DNA of 64,000 nucleotides, taken from the NCBI GenBank assembly GCA_038867615.1, contig JAWBYA010000005.1:64001-128000 (forward strand), written 5' to 3'. Numbering within the stretch: the stretch's first letter is position 1; every line of letters starts with the position of its first letter. The DNA comes from Sulfolobales archaeon (GTDB lineage: Archaea; Thermoproteota; Thermoprotei_A; Sulfolobales; AG1). The position numbers were made by a program, and so were the translations under genes. Of this stretch, positions 30,180-38,885 are shown piece after piece. Under the pieces are notes generated by a model. That model did not search any database and was not told the origin of the DNA. It saw nothing but the letters and a program-made list of their open reading frames with translations.

Positions 30180-31475
30180 TCAGCTCCACTCAGGCTTTGG
30201 ATATATGTAGGGCGATAGGAAGGGCGCGTTTACAAACTCGATATTGGGGTACCTGCCCTTAGTTATAAAGATAGGCTTGGCCACTCCTCCCTGGTATTGC
30301 ATCCAGACAAGGAACGGGGGATCTATTGTTTGGTTAACAAACCTAACGCTCCCAAGAGGGCCGAATGGTATGTTGAAGGTCTCGCTATCAAGCACCCTCT
30401 TTATCTTCTCATAATTCAGACTCCCCGCCTTCTCTATAGCTGCTTTGAAGATCAAGCAGCTCTTATAAACAAGACCCTGCATATCCGGTACAGGGGCGTA
30501 GCCGTATTTACTCACATATGCATCCCAGAAGCTCTTTAGCACAGGATCTAGATCTGGATAGCTATTAGTCCAGTAGATTATCCCCTCTCTGGTAGCGTTA
30601 TCGAACCTTGTGTAGAAATCCCTCGTAGAGGCTCCGGGGCCTGTCATTATGAGCACCTTTGGATTTATCCTAAGCTCCCTCATCTGTGGAATAACTACGT
30701 AGGAGTCGGCACCAAAGGTTAGTGCTAGTACTATATCTGGTCTAGCCTCAGCCATTCTTAAGAGCAAGCCCCTCACATCTGTAGCTGTTAATGGATAGCT
30801 TGCTGTGAACACCACTTCTCCTATCCTCTGCTCCTCGAGGGCTTTTTTCGTCCATGTTGCCCAACCGACTGTTGAGTCTGTCTCGGCATATATGATAGCT
30901 ATTCTCCTCAGCTCCGGGCGATCAGATATGATCTTCTTTATAACCGCGGCATACATGCCTCCAACGTGTTCGAAGGTCATGAAGGTTAGATAGATATTCT
31001 GGCTCACATTCTTCAACCTCTCCTCAGTCGCTATAGTCTGGGTTGCTAGGATTATAGGGATGTTGTATTTGTTGACCACAGGTATGATTCCAAGCCCTAT
31101 CCCTGTCCCAAAAGGCGGCCATAGAAAGTCAACCTTATCCTGGGTTACAAGCTGCTCATAAAGAGATCTCGCCTTGCTAGGATCGCTTGAATCATCATAA
31201 TGAGTTATCCTCAACGGGATCCTCTTACCGAGCTCTGCAACATAGACCCCTCCCTGACTATTTATATAATCAGCACAGATCTGGTAGGCCCTCAGCTGCT
31301 CATTACCCTGGGCTGATAGAGGGCCTGAGAGAGCAACTGTAAAGCCAACCGATATATGGTCTTTGGTAGCTTGGGGGTTTAGAGAGCCTGAGAGATACAT
31401 ATACCCCGCTAACCCTGCGATTACTACGATAACCACAACAACTATCCCAATCACAGCCCTTCTCGAGACCATCAT
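30180..31475 (-). CDS. ABC substrate-binding protein (LivJ/Peripla_BP_6 type)
   Basis: N-terminal membrane anchor; VGFTVALSGPLS, INSQGG, YDDSSDP, QDKVDFL, AIEKAGS. Confidence 0.9.
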   Translation of the reverse strand: MMVSRRAVIGIVVVVIVVIAGLAGYMYLSGSLNPQATKDHISVGFTVALSGPLSAQGNEQLRAYQICADYINSQGGVYVAELGKRIPLRITHYDDSSDPSKARSLYEQLVTQDKVDFLWPPFGTGIGLGIIPVVNKYNIPIILATQTIATEERLKNVSQNIYLTFMTFEHVGGMYAAVIKKIISDRPELRRIAIIYAETDSTVGWATWTKKALEEQRIGEVVFTASYPLTATDVRGLLLRMAEARPDIVLALTFGADSYVVIPQMRELRINPKVLIMTGPGASTRDFYTRFDNATREGIIYWTNSYPDLDPVLKSFWDAYVSKYGYAPVPDMQGLVYKSCLIFKAAIEKAGSLNYEKIKRVLDSETFNIPFGPLGSVRFVNQTIDPPFLVWMQYQGGVAKPIFITKGRYPNIEFVNAPFLSPYIYPKPEWS

Positions 31476-31634
31476 GCAATCCCGGGGGATAATATGTAGT
31501 AATGGCTATATATGGTACATAATTCCTATTTGATGATGCTTGCTATAAATGAAAACAGATATATACATAACATTGAATAAGACATAACCATATAATGGAA
31601 GAGCCGCATAGAACACGCATAGCTTATATAGCCC

Positions 31635-33155
31635 TTGCATCATATGAATAGGGATTGGATGAAGGTCACCTACGGTAGGAAAGGGGTCTCAGCAGATCAC
31701 CCACTAGCTGTGGCTGCAGGGCTTAAGGTTCTTGAGAACGGTGGTAACGCTTTCGACGCCTCGATAGCAGTGAGCGCCGTCCTCTCGGTTGTACACCCAT
31801 TCTCAGGAGGCCTTGGAGGCGATGGGTTTATCCTAGCCCTTTCGAACAGCGAAATCATAGCCTATAATGGTTCTGGAAGATCTCCCTCCGGTTTTAACGC
31901 TGAGGAGTATATGGCTAAGAAACCCTTGAGAGGCCCTCTCACGGTAACGATCCCAGGGCTTGTGGAGATGTGGGGATATGTTGCTGAGGAATACGGGACA
32001 ATGGATCTCAGGGATCTCTTAAAACCAGCCATATCGCTCGCCGAGAATGGGTTCTACGCCGACCGAGCGCTCGGAGCAGCCGTGTCTAGATATAGAGGTG
32101 AACTGGAAGCCTTCGAGGAGTGGAAGAAACTATACGGAAGCGTGGAGACAGGAAGCCTGGTGAGGAATAGAGGGCTTGCAAACGTCCTGAGAAGGATCTC
32201 TAGCAGGGGTTGGGATGAGTTCTACTACGGAAGAGTAGCTGAGGATCTAGTATCAGGGTTGGAGAAACAGGGGGTTGGGATCTCGCTAGAAGATCTGATG
32301 GATCATGAGGGCCTAGAGGTCGAACCCCTAAAGCTGGACCTAGGATCCAGGGTTCTATACGAGCTCCCGCCTAACAGCCAGGGGATCTCGACGTTACAGA
32401 TGATCTCAGCATTACACGAGCTAGAGATAGATAAATATGGTTTTAACGATCTTAGGAGGATAGATGCGTGGAGCGAGCCCACCAAGAAGATCTATATGTT
32501 CAGGGATAGAAACATAGGAGACCCAGAGGCAATGACAATAGACCCGAGGGGTTTTGTGAAATACAGCTCGATAAAGACCGAAGCAGCTAGCTCGGAAAGG
32601 CTTAGTGATAAGGATACAACGTTCTTCGTAGTAGATGATGGAGAGAATCTCGTGGGGTTTATCCAGAGCCTCTTCTACCCATTCGGATCAGGCGTCACAA
32701 CCCTCGGCATTGTTATGCAGAACAGGGGCTCTGGATTCTCCTACGAGAAGGGACTTCCAAACACGCCTTCTCCGAGGAAAAGACCTCTCCACACGCTCTC
32801 AATACTAATGGTTGACGATCATGAGAGAAACTCTATCTATATGATAGGGTGTGCTGGGGGAGACTATAGACCACAGATCCATACAAGGATCTATGAGAAC
32901 ATATTCGTATACAACATGGGCTTGGGCGAGGCTCTAGCAGCCCCTAGATTCATATACACAGACCTCTCAAAAGGATCTAGAGTGATTATAGAGGAGGGTC
33001 TGGGCGAATATAGATCCTCGCTAGGTATTGAGGCACAGGTGATCAAGGGTCAGAGATCCACAGGATTGGTAAACGCGGCGAGAAGAGACAGGACTAGGGG
33101 GTATACAGAGTTCGCTCCCGACACTAGAGGGGCAGCAATATCAATAGCCATATAG
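31635..33155 (+). CDS. ggt: Gamma-glutamyltransferase family (Ntn hydrolase)
   Basis: GGNAFDA, GGLGGDGF, ELPPNSQG, autoproteolytic DTT, QSLFYPFGSG, QNRG, KRPLHTL. Confidence 0.92.
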   Translation: MHHMNRDWMKVTYGRKGVSADHPLAVAAGLKVLENGGNAFDASIAVSAVLSVVHPFSGGLGGDGFILALSNSEIIAYNGSGRSPSGFNAEEYMAKKPLRGPLTVTIPGLVEMWGYVAEEYGTMDLRDLLKPAISLAENGFYADRALGAAVSRYRGELEAFEEWKKLYGSVETGSLVRNRGLANVLRRISSRGWDEFYYGRVAEDLVSGLEKQGVGISLEDLMDHEGLEVEPLKLDLGSRVLYELPPNSQGISTLQMISALHELEIDKYGFNDLRRIDAWSEPTKKIYMFRDRNIGDPEAMTIDPRGFVKYSSIKTEAASSERLSDKDTTFFVVDDGENLVGFIQSLFYPFGSGVTTLGIVMQNRGSGFSYEKGLPNTPSPRKRPLHTLSILMVDDHERNSIYMIGCAGGDYRPQIHTRIYENIFVYNMGLGEALAAPRFIYTDLSKGSRVIIEEGLGEYRSSLGIEAQVIKGQRSTGLVNAARRDRTRGYTEFAPDTRGAAISIAI

Positions 33156-33158
33156 TTA

Positions 33159-33410
33159 CTGCCGTAGCCAGCTGTTTCGGGTTTCATGATGGTTTATAAG
33201 GATTGATATTAAGCTCGTAGTTCTGCAGTAATGTAACCTTATATAAGCTCTATTATTCTAATGGGGATGCCCGCCCAACAATGAGGGTAGGGATAAAGAC
33301 CCGAGTGGGCGGGGTAAATACAGAGAGATCCAGGATATGGGCCCCAATGAAAGGAGCCCTGAGGCCCATGAAGCCAAGGAAAACCAGTTGATTAAAAAGA
33401 GACAACTGTT
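33159..33410 (+). repeat. Dispersed repeat family A, copy 2, with two K-turn-like hairpins
   Basis: Direct repeat of 25317-25476. Hairpins CCCGCCC..AATGAGG..CCGA..GGGCGGG and ATGGGCC..AATGA..CTGA.GGCCCAT. The right boundary is approximate. Confidence 0.8.
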
Positions 33411-33466
33411 ATGAAGCCTGAACCCCATGCTGTTTTGAATCTATTAATAATCGATATTTAGCGATT

Positions 33467-34936
33467 TTATCTTGATATGAGAAGCTTTGGATTAAGCCTC
33501 TCCTCGAGTGCCATTCCTATCAATACAAAACCAGCCATGTAGCTTGTTATCCCTGCTATCGGTGCGAAGAGCCACCACCACGCTCCATTAACAAGTGCTC
33601 CTTCGTTATAAGCCTCGTTAAGCATCCTCCCCCAAGAGGGTATATTAGGGTCTCCGAAGCCTATGAACTGAATCAAGATCTCTGTTGCTATTACTCCGGG
33701 GACTAGTGATACCAGTCCATAGATCGCTAGGGGGGCTAGTCTCGGCATTATATGTCTCCTAAGGATCCAGAGCTTACCAGCACCAAGGGCTACTGCGGAC
33801 TCCACATAAGGCTCGCTCCTAATCGTTATCGCCCACGATCTCACAAGCCTTGCAAGCCCGGGCCATGAGACAAGCACTATGATCCCGTATATAACAGGCA
33901 TGGATCTCCCGAGAAGGGCTACCGTGATCATTATCAGGGGAACTGCTGGTATAAAGAATATCATATCGGTTAGGAGTGTTATCACCTGGTCAGAGAATCT
34001 CCCAGCCCTGAGACCCGCTATAGATCCTATTGTCACTGCTATCCCCACCGTTAGGAGAGATGCTGTCAGTCCGAAGAAGTTAGCAACCCTGGCTCCTTCT
34101 ATAAACTGCCTCCATATATCGATCCCCCTGCTATCAGTCCCCATAAGCCCGTGAGCCCTCCCAAGGATCTTTATACCTACGGGCTCGACCTGTATCGTTA
34201 CACCCCTGCAACTATCTCCCAGGCACTCATAGCTTATATTGATCATAGCCCTCAGCCTGGTCCCAGGCTCTAGTAGGAGCTCGCTCACGGGGTTCACGAA
34301 TATCGGGATAGGGGGATCCTGGATCCTGTTGAGATAGGGGTAGGGGAGACGTATACTGGAGACGAAGGATCTATTCCCGCCCGAGGGTAGAGTATCATCC
34401 GCCCTGAATACCATATAGATCCCGGCCTTGATCTTCTCCCTCACACCACCCTGCTCAACAACCTTCTCCCTCCCCAGTAGCTTATCGCTAACCAGGTATA
34501 GCTGGATTCTATATTTAGCAGAACCCTCTGAGAATACCTTAAAACCATATGTTATAACCATAGACCTAGCCGGCTTATAGGGATAGTCAATATACTCGCT
34601 CACCAGGCTCACAGAACCCGGGGTTTGGATAACAATACTAACGATCCCGTTGCCTTCTATTAGCCTAGATCTCTCAAGTCCTCCTTGGAATAGCTGCCAA
34701 CCACTCAGGCTGGCCTCCACAGTCCTCGGGATCTCTGGGTCTAGTAGGAGCGCCACCCATGCGGGTTGTGCAAGCGCGTCTGCCTCCCATTCAAGCCCTA
34801 CAGAGGTTCTATACCCAGCAAACATCGAGTATGTCCCTAGGGCTGCGTAGAAAATGACTATAAGCAATCCTAGGTAGAGCTTTACCCCACCCCTATAGCC
34901 TCTCCTCCTCTCCCTCTCCACGCTCATTGTGATCAC
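33467..34936 (-). CDS. Oligopeptide/dipeptide ABC permease (DppC/OppC-like) with large extracellular insert
   Basis: HGLMGTDSRGIDIW, WPGLARLVRS, YVESAVALGA, PSWGRML, GAWWW. Confidence 0.9.
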   Translation of the reverse strand: MITMSVERERRRGYRGGVKLYLGLLIVIFYAALGTYSMFAGYRTSVGLEWEADALAQPAWVALLLDPEIPRTVEASLSGWQLFQGGLERSRLIEGNGIVSIVIQTPGSVSLVSEYIDYPYKPARSMVITYGFKVFSEGSAKYRIQLYLVSDKLLGREKVVEQGGVREKIKAGIYMVFRADDTLPSGGNRSFVSSIRLPYPYLNRIQDPPIPIFVNPVSELLLEPGTRLRAMINISYECLGDSCRGVTIQVEPVGIKILGRAHGLMGTDSRGIDIWRQFIEGARVANFFGLTASLLTVGIAVTIGSIAGLRAGRFSDQVITLLTDMIFFIPAVPLIMITVALLGRSMPVIYGIIVLVSWPGLARLVRSWAITIRSEPYVESAVALGAGKLWILRRHIMPRLAPLAIYGLVSLVPGVIATEILIQFIGFGDPNIPSWGRMLNEAYNEGALVNGAWWWLFAPIAGITSYMAGFVLIGMALEERLNPKLLISR

Positions 34937-35991
34937 GCTATGTGTTTTGATAAACCATGCCTAGCCCTTGGATCCAGGATCGCTATAGCTAGATCCGATA
35001 TATAGAGGGATAGGGCCACCAATAATGTTGATGTTACGAAGAAAGCATTCATAACAGGGATATCGTTATTCTGTATAGCTTGGTATGCATAGAAAGCTAT
35101 CCCAGGCCATGATGATACCAGCTCAAGGGCCACAGAACCCCCAAATATTGTTGGCAGGGTATAGGCAACCTTAGTAAGTATCGGAGGCCTTACGTTAGGG
35201 ACAACCTCCGCTCTAATAACATCCCAGTCAGACATACCCTTAGCCTTGGCTGTGAAGGTATAGTCCTCCGAGATCTCCGAGGATAATATGGATCTGAAGA
35301 AATAAGCCCAGATACCGTAGAGCGAGAGTATAGATGCTATATATAGTGGGGATAGATACCAGATCCAATACCTAATGTCAGATATGCTCTCTATATTAAT
35401 AGTAGGAGCCCTAACAGGTAGGGGGAGAAGCTGAATCCCCCAGGAAACCTTGGGAACATAGGCTAGGAAGTAATATACAATAAGCACGAAAACCCATATC
35501 GGGATGGAGAAGCTCGATATGCTTGATAGAGTAACTAGAAAGTCGAGAACCCTCCCCCTAAACCTAACAGCAGCTATTGCTAGATAATACCCAACAAAGA
35601 TCGGTACTATGGTGGCGAAAACATATAGAGCTAGAGTGTATGGGAGTCTCATGAGGATCTCTAGCGAAACACTCCTCATCGAGTGGAGAGAGTAGCCAAA
35701 ATCCATTGTAAAAGCACTTCTCAGGAAAAGGATCAGCTGGTCTGGAAGGAGAGGCCTCTCAAGACCATATATCGAGGAAAGAGATGCAACCCAGCTAGAA
35801 TACCCAGGATCATCAGACGCTCTGAAAACAGCCCTAAGCAGAGGATCCGCTGACTGGCTTGGTAGAAAAGGATTCCCCCCAAGAGCCGCTGTGGGTATAA
35901 CACGTGTTAGGAAGAAGAAAAGAACAAGGGCCAGCGTGAATGTTGCCAGCATAGCGATACCCCTTACGATAGCATACCTAGCCAGAGACAT
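34933..35991 (-). CDS. Oligopeptide/dipeptide ABC permease (DppB/OppB-like)
   Basis: DFGYS, RLPYTL, EDYTFTAKAKG, WPGI, DPR. Confidence 0.9.
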   Translation of the reverse strand: MSLARYAIVRGIAMLATFTLALVLFFFLTRVIPTAALGGNPFLPSQSADPLLRAVFRASDDPGYSSWVASLSSIYGLERPLLPDQLILFLRSAFTMDFGYSLHSMRSVSLEILMRLPYTLALYVFATIVPIFVGYYLAIAAVRFRGRVLDFLVTLSSISSFSIPIWVFVLIVYYFLAYVPKVSWGIQLLPLPVRAPTINIESISDIRYWIWYLSPLYIASILSLYGIWAYFFRSILSSEISEDYTFTAKAKGMSDWDVIRAEVVPNVRPPILTKVAYTLPTIFGGSVALELVSSWPGIAFYAYQAIQNNDIPVMNAFFVTSTLLVALSLYISDLAIAILDPRARHGLSKHIA

Positions 35992-36106
35992 GGGTTCCCC
36001 AAACTATATAGATAATGGAACAAAATATGCTACTACGATAAACCAGATCTATACGATCCGCATCATAACCCAAGCCCGGGCAAGTTACAAGCTTTTATAG
36101 TGCAAG

Positions 36107-37054
36107 CTACATCGAGCTTTTCTCATAATAGCCACATCTCTTGCAATACCCTCTCTTTACACGCCCCCCACAGATTCTGCAGGTATCCCGAGCCTCTGCC
36201 TTTCTAAGCCCTCCGAAGATCCTTAGGTATCTTGATAATAAGTACGCCTGATCCCTCGACCTAGGCTCCAGGATCTTTGACACACTCTCAATAAGATCTT
36301 CTGTTACCATCGAAGCCCATATATTGCTGAGCGTGACAGACCCGCTCCCAACCTCTATAGGTTCTTTTAACCTATAGTAGGATGGAATCGATAGATCCTC
36401 TAGCAGGAGTCTCAGGATCTCTTTACCCCTAGCTACCCTAGAATAGGAGATCTTGCACTCGGGAGGTATTTTGAGGGCGAGCTCCACCACGCTTTTCGAT
36501 GCCAATGGCTGGATCACCTCTACCCCTAACTCCTCTCCAAGCCTTGAGGAGGAGAACTCCATATAGCTTGATAGATCCTCTATATATCTCGATAGATCCT
36601 CTAGCCTGTAGAGATGCATATATGAATATCCAGCAAAGAGCTCGTCACCAGCATCGCCTGTATAGACGCATCTACACCCAAGCTTGGCTGCATATTCCAG
36701 GGCTATGTATACTGAGACATCGTTCCTCACCTCTATAGGATCGAAGGTATCCATGATCCTTATCACCTCGTCCGTAGCCCTAAGGGCTTCTGAAACACTG
36801 AAGATCTTCTGGTGGATCTCTATCCCCAGTTCTCTCGCAACAAGAGAACCCCAGTAGAGATCCTTTGTAACGCTCTCCTCAAGACCTACAACTATGCCCT
36901 TGAGGGGTATTTTCACAATTTTTCTTGCAATAGTTGCTATATATGATGTGTCTATCCCACCACTCATTATAATGCAGTCGCAAGCCCTTGACTCGATTTC
37001 TTTTGAAACGAGATCAGTGAGGATCTTTGAGGCATTGATGCAATCAATCCTCAG
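36107..37054 (-). CDS. Asparagine synthase C-terminal-domain (PP-loop) protein with C-terminal Zn ribbon; probable CTG start
   Basis: SGGIDTS, TGDAGDELFAGY, GKEILR, CRICGG...CKRCG; the frame is open 29 codons upstream of the track ATG. Confidence 0.8.
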   Translation of the reverse strand: MRIDCINASKILTDLVSKEIESRACDCIIMSGGIDTSYIATIARKIVKIPLKGIVVGLEESVTKDLYWGSLVARELGIEIHQKIFSVSEALRATDEVIRIMDTFDPIEVRNDVSVYIALEYAAKLGCRCVYTGDAGDELFAGYSYMHLYRLEDLSRYIEDLSSYMEFSSSRLGEELGVEVIQPLASKSVVELALKIPPECKISYSRVARGKEILRLLLEDLSIPSYYRLKEPIEVGSGSVTLSNIWASMVTEDLIESVSKILEPRSRDQAYLLSRYLRIFGGLRKAEARDTCRICGGRVKRGYCKRCGYYEKSSM

Positions 37055-37103
37055 AAAGACACACCATTTTATCCCTCGTCACAGAGATATTAATGGACTA
37101 GAT

Positions 37104-38270
37104 ATGGTTACCAACCTACCCCCAGAAGCTAGATCTAAGTTCGCTAAGTATCAAGAGGCAAAAACCCCTGAGGAGAAGCTCCAGGCATTGCAAGAATTCC
37201 TCTCAGCAGTTCCGAAGCACAAGGGTACCGAGAACCTTGTTAGATGGGCTAGGAGGAGGATGGCAGAGCTTAGAGAAGAGATAGAGAGCAGAAGATCTAG
37301 AAGAGGGGGCGGAGGACCCTCTCTATTCACCATCGAGAGGTCTGGGGCTGCACAGCTCATAATGATCGGTTTTACAAAGTCTGGAAAAACAGCCCTTCTG
37401 GGGAGGCTTACCAATGCTAAGGTCACGCCATCCGATATACCCTACTCAACCAGAATCCCTATCCCAGGGATGCTTGATTACGAGGATATACAGTTCCAGC
37501 TCGTCGAAGCCCCCTCTATTATAAGGGGTGATAGGGATTCGAGATGGAATAGGAGATCCCTAGGGCTTTTGAGAAACGCTGACGGTGCTTTGATGGTTAT
37601 AGACCTCTCCCAAAACCCCTCCGAGGATTATAAAGAGCTTGTCGAGATCCTTGAGGAGGAGGATATAAGGATCACCAAGCCTAGGGGCTATGCTGTTGTC
37701 GAGAAGGACCAGGGATCGCCGGGCATAAGGATCATATATAACGGCAAACTTATAGACGGGACTAGCGAGGATGTGAAAAAGATCCTTGAGGGCTATAGGA
37801 TCTATAGAGCCACTGTAAAGCTCTATGGAGAAGTAACCCTAGACGATATCGAGAACGCGGTTATGGGGGCAACCATATATAGACCCTCGATCGTTATGGG
37901 TAACAAAGCCGATCTAGATGATGGGAGCAAGTGCGAGGAACTGAGAAAAACAGTACCCCCAGAGATCCCTGTTATATGTTGCTCAGCACTAACCGGGAAA
38001 GGCTTGGAGAACTTGGGCAAAGTTATATTCGAGAGGCTAGAGATCATGAGGATATATACAAAACCCATAAACGCCGAGCCATCTAAAAAACCCCTCGTGA
38101 TCAAGAGAGGATCAACGGTCCTCGAAGTAGCCAAAGCAATACACAAAGATCTATATAGGGGCTTTAAATACGCAAGGATCTGGGGACCCTCAGCAAACTA
38201 CCCAGGCGAGAGAGTGGGTTCAGACCACATACTCAAAGACGGGGATATCGTAGAGATACACGCAGCATAG
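37104..38270 (+). CDS. DRG/OBG-family GTPase with TGS domain
   Basis: MVTNLPPEA...PKHKGTE, GFTKSGKT, NKAD, C-terminal TGS (IHKD...ARIWG...DGDIVEIH). Start trimmed from 36894. Confidence 0.92.
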   Translation: MVTNLPPEARSKFAKYQEAKTPEEKLQALQEFLSAVPKHKGTENLVRWARRRMAELREEIESRRSRRGGGGPSLFTIERSGAAQLIMIGFTKSGKTALLGRLTNAKVTPSDIPYSTRIPIPGMLDYEDIQFQLVEAPSIIRGDRDSRWNRRSLGLLRNADGALMVIDLSQNPSEDYKELVEILEEEDIRITKPRGYAVVEKDQGSPGIRIIYNGKLIDGTSEDVKKILEGYRIYRATVKLYGEVTLDDIENAVMGATIYRPSIVMGNKADLDDGSKCEELRKTVPPEIPVICCSALTGKGLENLGKVIFERLEIMRIYTKPINAEPSKKPLVIKRGSTVLEVAKAIHKDLYRGFKYARIWGPSANYPGERVGSDHILKDGDIVEIHAA

Positions 38271-38542
38271 GGGCTGTTTTCTTTTTGATATTCGTAGGAG
38301 GTATTTACAAGCTTTGAAAGGTAGTGTCCTCGGTGTGGGTCTTCCCACACCAGCCCAGGTGGCGATGGGAGCAGCGCTCCAAGCCACCCGGGGCAAAGCT
38401 AGATGGGAGCCGCGTGCCGTTTGGCTCGACGGTCGCCCATGACCCCGCAGGATCAGAGATCCGAGATCCTGAGGGTGGAGACGAAAACCCCTGGATGTGA
38501 CCATGAATAAAATGAGTGGAATGAACATCCAGGGACAAACGG
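38271..38542 (+). mobile_element. Dispersed element family B, copy 1: promoter plus highly structured ~210-nt RNA (non-autonomous IS-derived/omega-RNA-like)
   Basis: TATA-like TTTACAAG at 38304. Stems GGTGTGGG/CCCACACC, GGTGGC/GCCACC, GGAGC/GCTCC, GAGCC/GGCTC, CAGGATC/GATCCTG, CCCTGGATGT/ACATCCAGGG. Second copy at 29950-30177. Confidence 0.7.
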
Positions 38543-38578
38543 GTAAAGAATAAAAGCCCAGCATAGATAATAAATTCA

Positions 38579-38637
38579 GGGGCGGCGCGCCGGGGAGAAC
38601 CCCCGTGACCGGGGTTCGAATCCCCGCCCGGCTACCA
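38579..38637 (+). tRNA. 3' half of tRNA-Gln with GC-rich leader (candidate split tRNA gene)
   Basis: C-CCCCG-TGAC-CGGGG-TTCGAAT-CCCCG-CCCGGCT-A-CCA covers position 38 to CCA; the implied 5' end AGCCGGG (A1-U72) fits archaeal tRNA-Gln. Leader GGGGCGGCGCGCCGGGGAGAA; AT-rich TATA-like box at ~38549-38556. Confidence 0.8.
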
Positions 38638-38885
38638 CTATTATAACAGTGAACCCGGAACCTGTTTCCAGGAATTCATATTTATACTAGCTTCTCTACA
38701 CTACCCTTTGGTTTTATAGTTCGTAGGTATAACACCGTGAAGCACTAGCCTCGGTTTTATGGCTTTTATATATCCCCTTATATGAGTTATATGGGCTGTC
38801 ATATGGAATACCAACCCTCCACGCGATCAAAAACTCCACTCACACATCTCCGATCAATTGTTATTATTAACAAACCAAAGATCTG

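Noticed and set aside
36894-37103. 70-aa N-terminal extension of the DRG GTPase
   Set aside because: It overlaps the divergent gene, and the family N-terminus is MVTNLP at 37104
38351-38380. CAGG...GGGAGCAGC resembling SRP RNA helix 8
   Set aside because: The GGAA tetraloop is absent, the rest of the 7S RNA architecture is not evident, and a second degenerate copy exists, which fits a dispersed element better
38220-38564. ORFs 38220-38564(-) and 38305-38538(-)
   Set aside because: They are antisense to the structured element and show no protein motifs
38638-38720. Permuted tRNA (5' half following the 3' half)
   Set aside because: No AGCCGGG or D-arm sequence follows the CCA
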